Assembly: GCA_041302385.1 (NCBI GenBank)
Contig: JBFYRF010000095.1
Coordinates: 1 to 55,653, forward strand
Origin: Anaerolineales bacterium
GTDB taxonomy: Bacteria; Chloroflexota; Anaerolineae; Anaerolineales; E44-bin32
Direction: 5' to 3'
DNA length: 55,653 nucleotides
Positions 1 through 9,046 of this stretch are shown piece by piece. Under the pieces are notes generated by a model that was given only the letters and a program-made list of their open reading frames with translations, was not told the DNA's origin and did not search any database. Position 1 is the stretch's first letter. Every line of letters begins with the position of its first letter. The position numbers and the translations under genes were made by a program.

Positions 1-90
1 GCGCACCTCGAAGCCGGCGGTCGAGAGCGTGAGCTCGATCAACCCGAGCGTGTCCGGCTCGTCGTCAACGACCAGGATGCGTTTTGGCAT
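1..90 (-). CDS. response regulator, receiver domain (first 30 codons only; the gene runs off the window start)
   Basis: Minus-strand ATG at 88-90. Translation MPKRILVVDDEPDTLGLIELTLSTAGFEVR is a CheY-like receiver N-terminus with the DD acidic pocket. Confidence 0.75.
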   Translation of the reverse strand, partial: MPKRILVVDDEPDTLGLIELTLSTAGFEVR

Positions 91-364
91 GACCTCGCTC
101 TCCTGGAGGAATTGTATACCCATGCCCGGGTCCGGCCAATGGCCGCAGGACCGGTCACGACAGGGCGGGTGGACCCGGGGCAGCAATGGGGCTGCCACCC
201 GCGCGGATTCTCGCCACGCTGGGCCTGCCCTCTCGCCGGGAGGCTGGTAACGAACGCATCGTCTCAGATGGCTCCTGCCCGAACCTTCGCTTGCCTGCCC
301 GTGAGGCGCCGCCAGCTCATCCCCCAAGCTGCTGCTCGGCGGGCACTGGTGGCGCGAAAGCCAA

Positions 365-403
365 GAGCCCCTCGAACGCGCTTGGATAGCGCTCGAGGGG
401 CTC
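365..403 (-). terminator. putative terminator hairpin after the 2-oxoacid dehydrogenase operon
   Basis: Perfect 11-bp inverted repeat GAGCCCCTCGA/TCGAGGGGCTC about 50 nt past the E2 stop. There is no clear U-tract. Confidence 0.4.
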
Positions 404-452
404 GGCACAAAGCGGGAGGAAGTCCCCTGGCGGCAGAGCCGGCTCGCGCGGT

Positions 453-1688
453 CTAGAGCACCAGCTGCAGCGGGTGTTCGACCCGCTGGCGCAGCGCCTG
501 CATGAAGCGCGCCCCCTCAGCGCCGTCGGTGACCCGGTGGTCGGCGGAGAGTGTCGCCTTCATTCGCCGGCCGGGGACGATCGCCCCGTCGCGCACAATC
601 GGGACCTGGCGCACAGCCCCGACCGCCAGGATGGCGGCTTCCGGCGGGTTGATGATGGCGGCAAAATGCTCGATCTCGAACATGCCCAGGTTGGAGATGG
701 TGAACGTCGCCCCTTCGATGTCGTCCGGACGGACCCGACCGTCGCGCGCCCGGGCGACGATCCGGCGGACATCCTCCGCCAATTCTGTGAGCGGGCGGCG
801 ATCCGCCTGGCGGGCGACAACGGTCAGCAATCCGTTCTCGGTTGCGACCGCTACTCCGATATGGATCTCCCCATGCCGCAGGATACTGTCGCCCTCCAGC
901 GAGGCATTCAGCGCAGGAACTTCGCCGAGCGCCAGGGCGGCTGCTTTGATGAGGAAATCATTGACCGATAGCTTCTCGGCCTCGGGCAATAGGGCGTTCA
1001 GCTCTGCGCGCAGGTCCATCAGCGGGCCGGCGTCCAGGTCGCTGGTCAGGTAGAAGTGAGGCGCCTGCTGCTTGGAGGCCTGCATGCGCCGGCCGATGGC
1101 GCCGCGCAGCTTGGTAAGGGCGATGCGCTCCGCCTGGATCGACGCGGTTGCGCTGTGTCCGGGGACGATTGCCGGACCTGGCGCCCCGGCGGCGGCTGCT
1201 TCCACGTCGCGCTTGGTGATCCGGCCTCCCGGCCCCGACCCACGCAGGCCAGCCAGCGTCACCCCGTGCTCGGCGGCGAGACGCCGGGCGAGCGGGGAGG
1301 CCTTGACCGGCCCCGCCTCGCCTGTGGCGGGTGCGGTGGCTGGCAGGTGCACGGCGGGCGCACCGGGCGCGACGGGCGCAGCCGCCGGCACGACCGGCGA
1401 GTCCGGCGCGACGGCTTCCCCCAGCAGAGCCGGTAGGTCGATCGGCTCTTCGGCCGTGCCGATTACGGCGATCGGGGCCCCGACCGGTACGCTGATCTTC
1501 TCGGCGACCAGCTGGTTGCGCAGCACGCCAGCTGCTGTGGCCTCCACCTCGACCGTCGCCTTGTCGGTCTCGATCTCGGCCAGGACTTCGCCCTTCTCAA
1601 CCGGCTCGCCCGCGCGCTTCACCCAGCGCACCAGCAAGCCCTCGGCCATGTCGAAACCCAGCTTGGGCATCGCCACCACGGTCGCCAT
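453..1688 (-). CDS. pdhC: dihydrolipoamide acyltransferase, E2 component of the pyruvate/2-oxoacid dehydrogenase complex
   Basis: Lipoyl domain (EIETDKATVEVEA), E3-binding domain (SPLARRLAAEHGV..GSGPGGRITKRDV) and catalytic DHRVTDG motif. The ATG at 1686-1688 overlaps the E1-beta stop (TGATG). The six-frame ORF is 453..1691. Confidence 0.9.
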   Translation of the reverse strand: MATVVAMPKLGFDMAEGLLVRWVKRAGEPVEKGEVLAEIETDKATVEVEATAAGVLRNQLVAEKISVPVGAPIAVIGTAEEPIDLPALLGEAVAPDSPVVPAAAPVAPGAPAVHLPATAPATGEAGPVKASPLARRLAAEHGVTLAGLRGSGPGGRITKRDVEAAAAGAPGPAIVPGHSATASIQAERIALTKLRGAIGRRMQASKQQAPHFYLTSDLDAGPLMDLRAELNALLPEAEKLSVNDFLIKAAALALGEVPALNASLEGDSILRHGEIHIGVAVATENGLLTVVARQADRRPLTELAEDVRRIVARARDGRVRPDDIEGATFTISNLGMFEIEHFAAIINPPEAAILAVGAVRQVPIVRDGAIVPGRRMKATLSADHRVTDGAEGARFMQALRQRVEHPLQLVL

Positions 1689-2659
1689 CACAGCACCGCC
1701 TTCACCGCCGCAATGACATCCGCTTCTTGCGGCATGGCCATCTGTTCCAGGCGGCGGTTGTAGGGTAGGGCGACTTCCTTCTGGCCGACGCGCCGGATCG
1801 GGGCGTCCACATGATCAAAGGCCTGCTCGTACAGTCGGGCACTCACCTCGGCGCCGATCCCGTACGACAGCCACCCCTCTTCAGCAATCACCGCCCGGTT
1901 CGTCTTGCGGAAGGACTCCAGGATAGGGCCCATATCCAGCGGACGCAGCGTGCGCAGATCGACAACCTCGGCCTCGATGCCCTCTTTGGCCAGCTTGTCC
2001 GCCGCCTGCAAGGACACCTGGAGCATCTTGGAGTACGAGATGATCGTTACATCGCCGCCGGGCCGTTGGATCTTGGAAACCCCGATCGGTTCAGTGTAGT
2101 CTCCCTCAGGCACTTCGCCGCGTGCCTGGTACAGCGTGGCATGCTCGATGAACATCGTCGGCTCGCCGCTACGGATGGCTGCCTTGAGCAGGCCCTTGGC
2201 GTCGGCCGGCGTGCCGGGGGCGATCACGTTCAGTCCGGGGAAGTGGGCAAACACCACGTCCGGGGTCTGGGAGTGCGTCGCGCCCAATTGACGTCCGCCT
2301 CCGCTGACGGCGCGAATGACGATCGGCACGCTCATCTGTCCGCCGAACATCGGGCCGAGCTTGGCGGAGTGGTTGACGATCTGATCCATCGCCAGGAAGG
2401 CGAAGTTGATGGTCATCAGTTCAGCGACCGGCCGCAGCCCGGCCAAGGCCGCGCCATTGGCGGCGCCAACAATCACCCCCTCGGCGATCGGAGTGTCGCG
2501 CACGCGCTCCGCACCGAAGTGATCGTAGAAGCCCTTGGTGACCGCATACGTTCCTCCCCAGACCCCGACCTCTTCGCCCATGATGAACACGCGCCGATCG
2601 CGCTCCATCTCCTCCCACAGCGCCTGCGAGATCGCTTCACGCATCGTCAGCATCGCCAT
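1688..2659 (-). CDS. pdhB: 2-oxoacid (pyruvate) dehydrogenase E1 component, beta subunit
   Basis: 323-aa ORF with a transketolase-like pyrimidine-binding and C-terminal domain pattern (DTPIAE.., EHATLY). An AGGTGA Shine-Dalgarno sits 3 nt after the E1-alpha stop. Confidence 0.9.
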   Translation of the reverse strand: MAMLTMREAISQALWEEMERDRRVFIMGEEVGVWGGTYAVTKGFYDHFGAERVRDTPIAEGVIVGAANGAALAGLRPVAELMTINFAFLAMDQIVNHSAKLGPMFGGQMSVPIVIRAVSGGGRQLGATHSQTPDVVFAHFPGLNVIAPGTPADAKGLLKAAIRSGEPTMFIEHATLYQARGEVPEGDYTEPIGVSKIQRPGGDVTIISYSKMLQVSLQAADKLAKEGIEAEVVDLRTLRPLDMGPILESFRKTNRAVIAEEGWLSYGIGAEVSARLYEQAFDHVDAPIRRVGQKEVALPYNRRLEQMAMPQEADVIAAVKAVL

Positions 2660-2662
2660 GGG

Positions 2663-3622
2663 TCACCTCACCTGAGCCTGAAGGTCGGGGAAGACCAACT
2701 CCGGGCCCGGTTCCGGGCTCTCCTCGGCGAAGCGGATGGCATCCTCCACTTCCTCCGCAGCGCTGACATCGAGCGCATCCAGCTCTGCTGCCTTGGCGGT
2801 CTTGCCCTCGATCAAGTGCTGGCGGAAGATGCCGATGGGATCGTCCTCCTGCCACTTCTTGATCTCATCACTGGTTCGGTAGCGCTCGGGGTCGCCCATC
2901 GAGTGCCCGCGGAAGCGGTAGGTGGCGACTTCGAGCAGGAAGGGGCCCTGGCCGCGCACCCGTTCGAGGGCCTGCTCCGCCGCCCGCCGCACCTCGAGCA
3001 CATCCTTGCCCTCGACACGCTCGCTCGGCATCCCGTACCCGGCGGCTTTCTGGCGGATCTCGCCGACTGCGGAGGCGCGCTCAACTGCTGTGCCCATGCC
3101 GTACATGTTGTTCTCGCACACCCACAGCACAGGCAGCTTCCAGACCATCGACAGGTTGAGCGACTCGTGGAAGTAGCCGATATTCGTGGCGCCGTCCCCG
3201 AACATGCAGATCGTGACCGCTGCTTGGCCCTGCATCTGGTCGGCAAGCGCCATGCCGGCTGCCAGCGGCAAGTGGGCTCCGACGATGGCATGCCCACCCC
3301 AGAAGTTGCGCTCGACGTCCGCAAGGTGCATCGAGCCCCCCATGCCCTTCGAGCAGCCGGTGACCTTTCCCAGCAACTCCGCCATGACCTCGCGCGCTGG
3401 GATGCCGCAGGAGATGGCCACGCCGTGGTCGCGGTAGGCGGTGATCACACGGTCTTCCGGGCGGCGGGCAGCGATCAGTCCAGTGCACACCGCTTCCTGT
3501 CCGATGTACAGATGAAGGAACCCGCCGATCTTCCCCTGCTGGTAGAGCTCAGCCGAGCGTTCCTCCAACCGGCGCACCACGACCATCTCGCGGTACATCC
3601 GCAGCAATTCTGTTTTGTCCAT
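2663..3622 (-). CDS. pdhA: 2-oxoacid (pyruvate) dehydrogenase E1 component, alpha subunit (ThDP-binding)
   Basis: GGFLHLYIGQEA, GDGATN (ThDP motif) and YRFRGHSMGDP are typical of heterotetrameric PDH E1-alpha. Start chosen at MDKTELL (ATG ending at 3622). The ORF extension up to 3727 is Arg/Gly-rich and not credible. Confidence 0.9.
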   Translation of the reverse strand: MDKTELLRMYREMVVVRRLEERSAELYQQGKIGGFLHLYIGQEAVCTGLIAARRPEDRVITAYRDHGVAISCGIPAREVMAELLGKVTGCSKGMGGSMHLADVERNFWGGHAIVGAHLPLAAGMALADQMQGQAAVTICMFGDGATNIGYFHESLNLSMVWKLPVLWVCENNMYGMGTAVERASAVGEIRQKAAGYGMPSERVEGKDVLEVRRAAEQALERVRGQGPFLLEVATYRFRGHSMGDPERYRTSDEIKKWQEDDPIGIFRQHLIEGKTAKAAELDALDVSAAEEVEDAIRFAEESPEPGPELVFPDLQAQVR

Positions 3623-3733
3623 ATGAGATCCTCTTCGCCGCACGCGGTAGGGAAGAGCCTGCCCTCGGGCCCCGGTCAGGATGTGCGGCTGTCCTCTGGC
3701 AAGGCACTGCCCCGTGAACCGGGGCAATTGTGG

Positions 3734-3742
3734 ATTATATCA
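3734..3742 (-). promoter_or_regulatory. extended -10 promoter element (TGaTATAAT) upstream of pdhA
   Basis: The reverse complement of 3734-3742 reads TGATATAAT, about 110 nt upstream of the pdhA start. The -35 is weak. Confidence 0.45.
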
Positions 3743-3832
3743 GAACGCCTCAGCTTCCTGACCAGACCACGGGCCGTCCCGTCGGAAGACGGGCGCCAAC
3801 GCCTGGAAGGCCCGGCGGCGGAAGCCACTGGC

Positions 3833-5230
3833 CTACCCGTCCGCCTCGATGCCCAGCGCCCGCAGATCGTACTCCGCCATCGACGGCGTGGCCCGGGCCG
3901 GCAGGTCAATCGACAGGGTGAAGGTTCGTTCTCCAGCGGGCGCCAGGTCGGGCGCCAGGACCTGCCATCCGGCGCCAAGAACCTTCCCCTCCGTCGACCG
4001 AACGGCGGCGAATACACTGGGCGTGACGATCGCATGAGAGGTCGGATTGGAGACTTGGCCGCGGATGAAAGCCCGGCTTCCGGTGAACTCGAAGCTCTCG
4101 ACCTGGAGGTCCAGCAGCACCAGCGCCGCTTCGGCGGCCGAGGCGGGCCGAGATTCTGGACTGCCGCTCATCCCCAGCTCCGTTGGGTCTAGCGAGGCGG
4201 GGAGCGGACCGAACAGCGCCGGCATGCGGACGGAGAATGGGCGGGTCTCGCCGGGGGCAAGCGGCAAGGGGAAGTGAACTTGGACGAGACCGAGAAGCCG
4301 CGGGTCGAGCTCGAACCGCAGGGCGGATTGACCCCACACGGGCTGGGAGCCCACGTTCTCCAGGGCGCCGGTGATGAACCACTCTCCCTGACGCGTGGTT
4401 TGCAGGTCCGGACCGGCGGCGAAGCGCACGTCGACCCTGCGTTCGCCCGTCTCGATTTCGGCGCGCGCATAGGCGACATGGGCCTCGGTCGTCTCCCCCG
4501 CCGGTCCAATGGCGACAAATGGCTGTGAGCTGCGCGGGGCAATGCGGATTGGCCCGGCGCTCCAGGGAAGCAAGCCTGTCGGGTGGCCTTGCGCGTCGAG
4601 CGCCAGCGCGACGAGCTCGCGCACGAGCACGTGGGAGCTGCCCGGATTGGTCAGGCGGCCCAGCAGCGCCGTGGATCCGTCGGCCAACTGCTCCACCCGC
4701 ACGATCTCGGCCTGTAAGGGGGTGTTGGCGGCGCTCGCCGAGCGAACCCGCACAAGCTCGGCGGAGGCCTGCATCCCCTGTTGGCGCGTGACCGGGAATC
4801 TCGCCGAAAAAGGCGAGACATCGGCGGCGTCGAGCTGCGTGAGAGCGGGAGGGACTTCCAGTTCAGCGAGGCGCTTGCCGCTGGGGTCGAACAGAGAAAC
4901 TCGAATCCGCAGGTTGTCGACGGCTTGACCGGATCGGTTAGAGATCAAGCCGACAACGTCCGTCTCGCCGGGACGGCCGGCAGCGACCACGACCGGCGGG
5001 GAGACTTCGATGGACAGCGCAGGAGTTGCGGTCGGCAGGTGATCTTCCGACGACAAGGGGTTGGGGGAGGGTCCCGGCGTTGGGCTGTGCCCAGGCTGGC
5101 TGCACCCGGCCAGCACGGCCGCAATCAACGCCAGGCGAAGGAGTTCAGCCCAACGCCGGCCGCGGGATGGCCCCAGGGCCGGAGGACCGTGCCGGCTCAG
5201 CAGACCGGAGCGCGAGAGTGAGGAGCCCAC
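3833..5230 (-). CDS. secreted lipoprotein of unknown function with four tandem internal repeats of about 100 aa
   Basis: Signal peptide plus lipobox (LIAAVLAGC). Four repeats share the pattern G.(I/L).N.(G/S)...V.......(L/V)...G..(L/G). GTG start with no clear SD. Confidence 0.6.
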   Translation of the reverse strand: MGSSLSRSGLLSRHGPPALGPSRGRRWAELLRLALIAAVLAGCSQPGHSPTPGPSPNPLSSEDHLPTATPALSIEVSPPVVVAAGRPGETDVVGLISNRSGQAVDNLRIRVSLFDPSGKRLAELEVPPALTQLDAADVSPFSARFPVTRQQGMQASAELVRVRSASAANTPLQAEIVRVEQLADGSTALLGRLTNPGSSHVLVRELVALALDAQGHPTGLLPWSAGPIRIAPRSSQPFVAIGPAGETTEAHVAYARAEIETGERRVDVRFAAGPDLQTTRQGEWFITGALENVGSQPVWGQSALRFELDPRLLGLVQVHFPLPLAPGETRPFSVRMPALFGPLPASLDPTELGMSGSPESRPASAAEAALVLLDLQVESFEFTGSRAFIRGQVSNPTSHAIVTPSVFAAVRSTEGKVLGAGWQVLAPDLAPAGERTFTLSIDLPARATPSMAEYDLRALGIEADG

Positions 5231-5241
5231 CGAGTGATAGT

Positions 5242-5269
5242 GCGGGGTCGGGCAACAGCCCGACCCCGC
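5242..5269 (-). terminator. terminator-like hairpin after bfr
   Basis: Perfect 12-bp stem GCGGGGTCGGGC/GCCCGACCCCGC with a 4-nt loop, 17 nt past the bfr stop. No U-tract. Confidence 0.5.
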
Positions 5270-5285
5270 TACGGATCATCGGGGA

Positions 5286-5771
5286 TCAGGATTCTTCCGT
5301 GGCGCCGCTCGACTGCATCGAGAGGTAGCCTTCCAGCGTCATCTGCTCGATCTGGGCAAGCTGAACTTCCGACCAGTGGACGTGGGTCTCCTCGTCCTTC
5401 AGGATCTTGGTCAGCAGGTCGACGGTCGCCTGGTCCGCAACCTGGTGGGCCAGGCCGATGGAGTCGTTGTATCCCTTGACCGCCACCAGCTCCGCCGCCA
5501 GATCGTTCTTGACCATGTCCACCACGTTGGCGCCGATCTTGATCGGGTTGAGCTTGGAAACGACGGGTGACCCTTCCAGATAGATGATGCGAGAGATCAG
5601 CCACTCGGCATGGCGCATCTCATCGATGGCCCGCTTCTCGATCGCCTGGTGCAGCTTGTCGTAGCCCCAATTGGCGCAGGTCTCCGAGTGCACCATATAC
5701 TGGCTGATCGAGGTCAGCTCATCAGCAAGCAGCATGTTGAGGGCGTCGATGATCTTCGGATTGCCTTTCAT
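5286..5771 (-). CDS. bfr: bacterioferritin
   Basis: MKGNPKIIDALNMLLADELTSISQYMVHS..IDEMRHAE..DEETHVHW is colinear with E. coli Bfr, including the ferroxidase ligands and the heme Met (IDEM). GGAAGGAG SD. Confidence 0.9.
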   Translation of the reverse strand: MKGNPKIIDALNMLLADELTSISQYMVHSETCANWGYDKLHQAIEKRAIDEMRHAEWLISRIIYLEGSPVVSKLNPIKIGANVVDMVKNDLAAELVAVKGYNDSIGLAHQVADQATVDLLTKILKDEETHVHWSEVQLAQIEQMTLEGYLSMQSSGATEES

Positions 5772-5905
5772 AGGAAGCTCCTTCCTGGTCGCGAGGTTAC
5801 GGGATTTCGGTTAAGTGTAGCACGGGAGCGCGCGGCCCGCTGCCTGCGTCAGTAACGGGCACGACCGCCCGTCACCGATCAGGTGGGTGCAGCGGCGGCG
5901 CTCGA

Positions 5906-7201
5906 TCAAGCAGGGGTGGGGCGGAGCGCCGACTCGGTCTCGCGCTGGAAGACGCTCAGGCTGATGCGCCCAAGCATGGCCATCGTCGCCAGCAGCCCTA
6001 TGGCTTCGATCAGGAAGACCAGGGCATAGGCCGAGGTCTGATCCCCGAGCAGCCGGAGACCCAGGGTGAACAGCAGCCCGCCCCCAATCGACGCCAGCCC
6101 GTTGCCCAGCGCCTGCGCCAGCGTCCAGGTGCCCATATACAGGCCGGTCAGCTGGTTGACGGCCATGCCCATCATCAGTGCCAGGCCGCCGACGTTGAAC
6201 AAGCCCATGCCCAGTCCCATGAGCAAGATAGCTGGCGCCAACCAGCCCGGCTCGTCCAGCCAGCCGGCAGTTGCCAGCAGCAGGAAGGAGAGCGAGGCAA
6301 TTCCCAACCCAATGCCGGCCGTCGGCCGGTTGCCGATGCGGCGGGCGAGCCAGCCGCCCGCAAATGCCATGCCCGACAGCACACCCACCATCTGGTAGGC
6401 GTTGAAGAGCGTCGTGGCGCGGATATCGAGACCGAAGACATCGCCTCCGTATGGCTCGAGCACCACCTGCTGCAGGAAGAGAAACAAGATGCCCATCATC
6501 AGAAAAACAAAGAAGCGACATGCTTGCTGGCTGCTCCGCAGCAGGCCCCAGGCGCGCCGCAACGGCACGGCCTCGGAGGTCGGCCTGGCTGCGGTCCGGC
6601 GTTCTTGTCCGGCGACCGCCGTGACGGTCAGGATGCCCACAGCCGCGGCGACGGTCAGGAACAGCCCGACGAGCCGCTCGGGAGAATAGGCATCCAGGAT
6701 CTGCACGCCCAGGAAGACGCCGGCCAGGATGCCGATCATCATCATCGACCAGACAATTGAGACCGCGCGGGGGCGCTGTTGCTCGGAGGTCAGGTCAGCC
6801 AACAAGGAGAGGTAGGCTGTGCCCGCAGTGTAGATGCCGAAGCCGAACAGCAGGAAGATCAGCGCTGTGAGCAGAGAAGAGACCGCCGAACCCGCTTCCG
6901 CCTGCATCCACAACGCGCCAAAAGGTGCGGCGATGGTGGCTAGGATGGTCAGGGCGGCCCCTATCAGCACATACGGTGTTCGGTGCAGGCCGCCGAAAGG
7001 ATAGGTGTCTGAGCGATGACCGTACGGGATAGCTGCCAAGGCGGCGAAGTAGTGGATCCCGATCACCAGGCCGATCAGGCCGAGCGGCAGCCCCATCTCG
7101 ACCTTCATCACCCGGTTCAGAATGCCGAGCACAATGATGGAGAGCATGCCCGCGGCGAACTGCCGCAGGCCCAGACGAATGATGCGACCCGTTCCGAGCA
7201 T
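5906..7201 (-). CDS. MFS transporter, PucC/LhaA (BCD) family
   Basis: The N-terminus RLGLRQFAAGMLSIIVLGILNRVMKVEMGLP...GHRSDT...GLHRTPY matches the PucC-family signature, and about 12 TM segments are present. Start taken at MLGTGRII (ATG ending at 7201). The ORF extension to 7711 overlaps moeZ and is Arg/Pro-rich. Confidence 0.7.
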   Translation of the reverse strand: MLGTGRIIRLGLRQFAAGMLSIIVLGILNRVMKVEMGLPLGLIGLVIGIHYFAALAAIPYGHRSDTYPFGGLHRTPYVLIGAALTILATIAAPFGALWMQAEAGSAVSSLLTALIFLLFGFGIYTAGTAYLSLLADLTSEQQRPRAVSIVWSMMMIGILAGVFLGVQILDAYSPERLVGLFLTVAAAVGILTVTAVAGQERRTAARPTSEAVPLRRAWGLLRSSQQACRFFVFLMMGILFLFLQQVVLEPYGGDVFGLDIRATTLFNAYQMVGVLSGMAFAGGWLARRIGNRPTAGIGLGIASLSFLLLATAGWLDEPGWLAPAILLMGLGMGLFNVGGLALMMGMAVNQLTGLYMGTWTLAQALGNGLASIGGGLLFTLGLRLLGDQTSAYALVFLIEAIGLLATMAMLGRISLSVFQRETESALRPTPA

Positions 7202-7395
7202 GTTGGATCCTTGCCGGTGACCTGGAGCGGTCGGCCCAACGCTGGCATTTGTACCACGAAGGCAATTGGCGTCAGATGAGAAGCGGATAAGTGGCGGCGC
7301 CCAAGGATGGCGCGGACACGATGCGGCCGGCTCCCTCGGCCTTGCAGCGCAGCGCCTGATCGATGGCCGCGCGCCGGCCAGGGAGGGTGGGGCGG

Positions 7396-8562
7396 TCAGT
7401 ACAGCGGCAGGCTGAGATCGACCTGCTCGGCCCAGGCATTGATCCCGCCGCGCAGGTTCTTGACCTTGCGGAAGCCCGCCCCGGCCAGCAGTTCGAGCGC
7501 CCGCGCCGAGCGCGTCCCGGACTTGCAGAACACGACCATTTCCCGGGCACTGTCCAACTCGTGCAGCCGGGAGGCCAGCTGACCGAGCGGGATCAGATCG
7601 GCGCCGGCGATCTGCGAGATCTGCAACTCGTGGGGTTCCCGAACGTCCAGCAGCTGCAGCTTCTCTCCGGCGGCCAGGCGCTGCGAGACCTCGGCTGGCT
7701 CGATCTCCCACTCGGACGCCAGGCCGCTGCCTTCCCGGTCGTGGCCGGGGACGCCGCAGAAGGCCTCGTAGTCAATCAGCTCGGTCACCTCGGGCTCCGC
7801 CGAGCACACCTTGCAGGTTGGATTCTTGTTGAGGGTCAACTCGTCGAAGGACATCGACAACGCTTCATACACCAGCAGCTTGCCGATCAGCGGTCGGCCG
7901 ATCCCCAGCAGAACCTTCAACGCCTCGGTGGCCTGCAGCGTGCCGATCGTCCCCGGCAAGACCCCGAACACCCCACCTTCGGCGCAGGATGGGACCAGCC
8001 CTGGAGGAGGCGGCTCGGGGAACAGGCAGCGGTAGCAGGGACCGCGATCGGCCCAGAACACACTGACCTGTCCCTCAAAGCGGAAGATCGAACCGTAGAT
8101 GTTTGGCTTGTGGGTAAGCACGCACAGATCGTTCACCAGGTAGCGCGTCGGGAAGTTGTCGGTCCCGTCGATGATCATCCCGTAGGGCTCGGCGATCCGG
8201 AAGGCGTTCTCCGAGGTGAACGGTTCGTCGTAGACGTCGATCTGGATGGACGGGTTGATGTCGAGCAGACGCTTGCAGGCTGACTCGACCTTGCGCTCCC
8301 CCAGCGTGGACGTGCCATGGACGATCTGCCGCTGCAAGTTGGTGAAATCGACCTGGTCGTAGTCGACCAATCCGATCCGCCCGACGCCGGCCGCCGCAAG
8401 GTACATCGAGACCGGCGAGCCCAGTCCACCCGTCCCGATGATCAGCACCGAGGAATCCTTGAGTCGCTGCTGGCCGGCCAGCCCGACTTCTGACATCAGC
8501 AGATGGCGCGAGTAGCGCAGGATCTCTTCGTGCGACAGGGGTTGCGGGGTCGGGTCTGGCAT
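7396..8562 (-). CDS. moeZ: MoeZ-type adenylyltransferase/sulfurtransferase (ThiF/MoeB E1-like domain plus C-terminal rhodanese)
   Basis: RYSRHLL..GQQRL, the nucleotide loop IIGTGGLGSP, zinc CxxC pairs (CYRC, CKVC), and a C-terminal rhodanese with active-site CKSGTRS. Start at MPDPTPQ (ATG ending at 8562). Confidence 0.85.
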   Translation of the reverse strand: MPDPTPQPLSHEEILRYSRHLLMSEVGLAGQQRLKDSSVLIIGTGGLGSPVSMYLAAAGVGRIGLVDYDQVDFTNLQRQIVHGTSTLGERKVESACKRLLDINPSIQIDVYDEPFTSENAFRIAEPYGMIIDGTDNFPTRYLVNDLCVLTHKPNIYGSIFRFEGQVSVFWADRGPCYRCLFPEPPPPGLVPSCAEGGVFGVLPGTIGTLQATEALKVLLGIGRPLIGKLLVYEALSMSFDELTLNKNPTCKVCSAEPEVTELIDYEAFCGVPGHDREGSGLASEWEIEPAEVSQRLAAGEKLQLLDVREPHELQISQIAGADLIPLGQLASRLHELDSAREMVVFCKSGTRSARALELLAGAGFRKVKNLRGGINAWAEQVDLSLPLY

Positions 8563-8591
8563 GGGATGCGCCTCCGATTCGACTTGCGATT

Positions 8592-9044
8592 CTACCCTCG
8601 AGCTTGCGCCGGCCTGGCCGGAACCCGCGAAGGGTCGGGTGGCCGCTCGCCCAGGGCAGCCAGCTGGCTGGCCAAACGGGCCCCGGAGGTGACGCCGTGA
8701 TTCATTGCGCCCGGGCGACCCCGCGCGTCGGGCAGGAAGTTGATGGGCACGCCAAGCACGCCCCAGGCGTCCGCCAGGCGGGTCTGAGGGGAAGCGTCGG
8801 TCTCTACGACTTGCAGGCTCCTGCCGAAACGCTGACGCAGGCGCTCGAGGGCAGGCCGCTGCACAGTGCGGCATGGCTGAAAGCCAGGTGGGGTGAAGGT
8901 GAGAATCGCCGGACGGCCGCGCCGGTAACCTGGCAGGTCTTGGGCTGCCCTGCTCGCTCGCCGCAGGCTGAGTCTGCACAGTCCCCAGCCGGCAAGAGCC
9001 CCAGGCGCCAGCAGCATCAGAGCGACAACGATCCGTTCGTGCAT
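8592..9044 (-). CDS. membrane-anchored thioredoxin-fold protein with a single-Cys site
   Basis: N-terminal TM (IVVALMLLAPGALAGW), then a thioredoxin-like order ILTFTPPGFQPC...LQVVETD...WGVLGVPINF. The usual WCxxC is reduced to FQPC. The ATG lies 2 nt after the upstream TAG. Confidence 0.55.
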   Translation of the reverse strand: MHERIVVALMLLAPGALAGWGLCRLSLRRASRAAQDLPGYRRGRPAILTFTPPGFQPCRTVQRPALERLRQRFGRSLQVVETDASPQTRLADAWGVLGVPINFLPDARGRPGAMNHGVTSGARLASQLAALGERPPDPSRVPARPAQARG

Positions 9045-9046
9045 GA

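Noticed and set aside
1811-4192. 793-aa ORF on the plus strand spanning the PDH E1 genes
   Set aside because: It is antisense to three well-supported genes, has Arg/Gly/His/Leu-rich composition and no motifs. It is a typical stop-codon-poor antisense frame in GC-rich DNA.
7202-7711. N-terminal extensions of several six-frame ORFs (for example 5906..7711, 7396..9141, 31058..32380, 9338..10483)
   Set aside because: The extensions are Arg/Pro/Gly-rich, overlap neighbouring genes and lack homology. In each case an internal start with an SD and the beginning of family homology defines a shorter gene.
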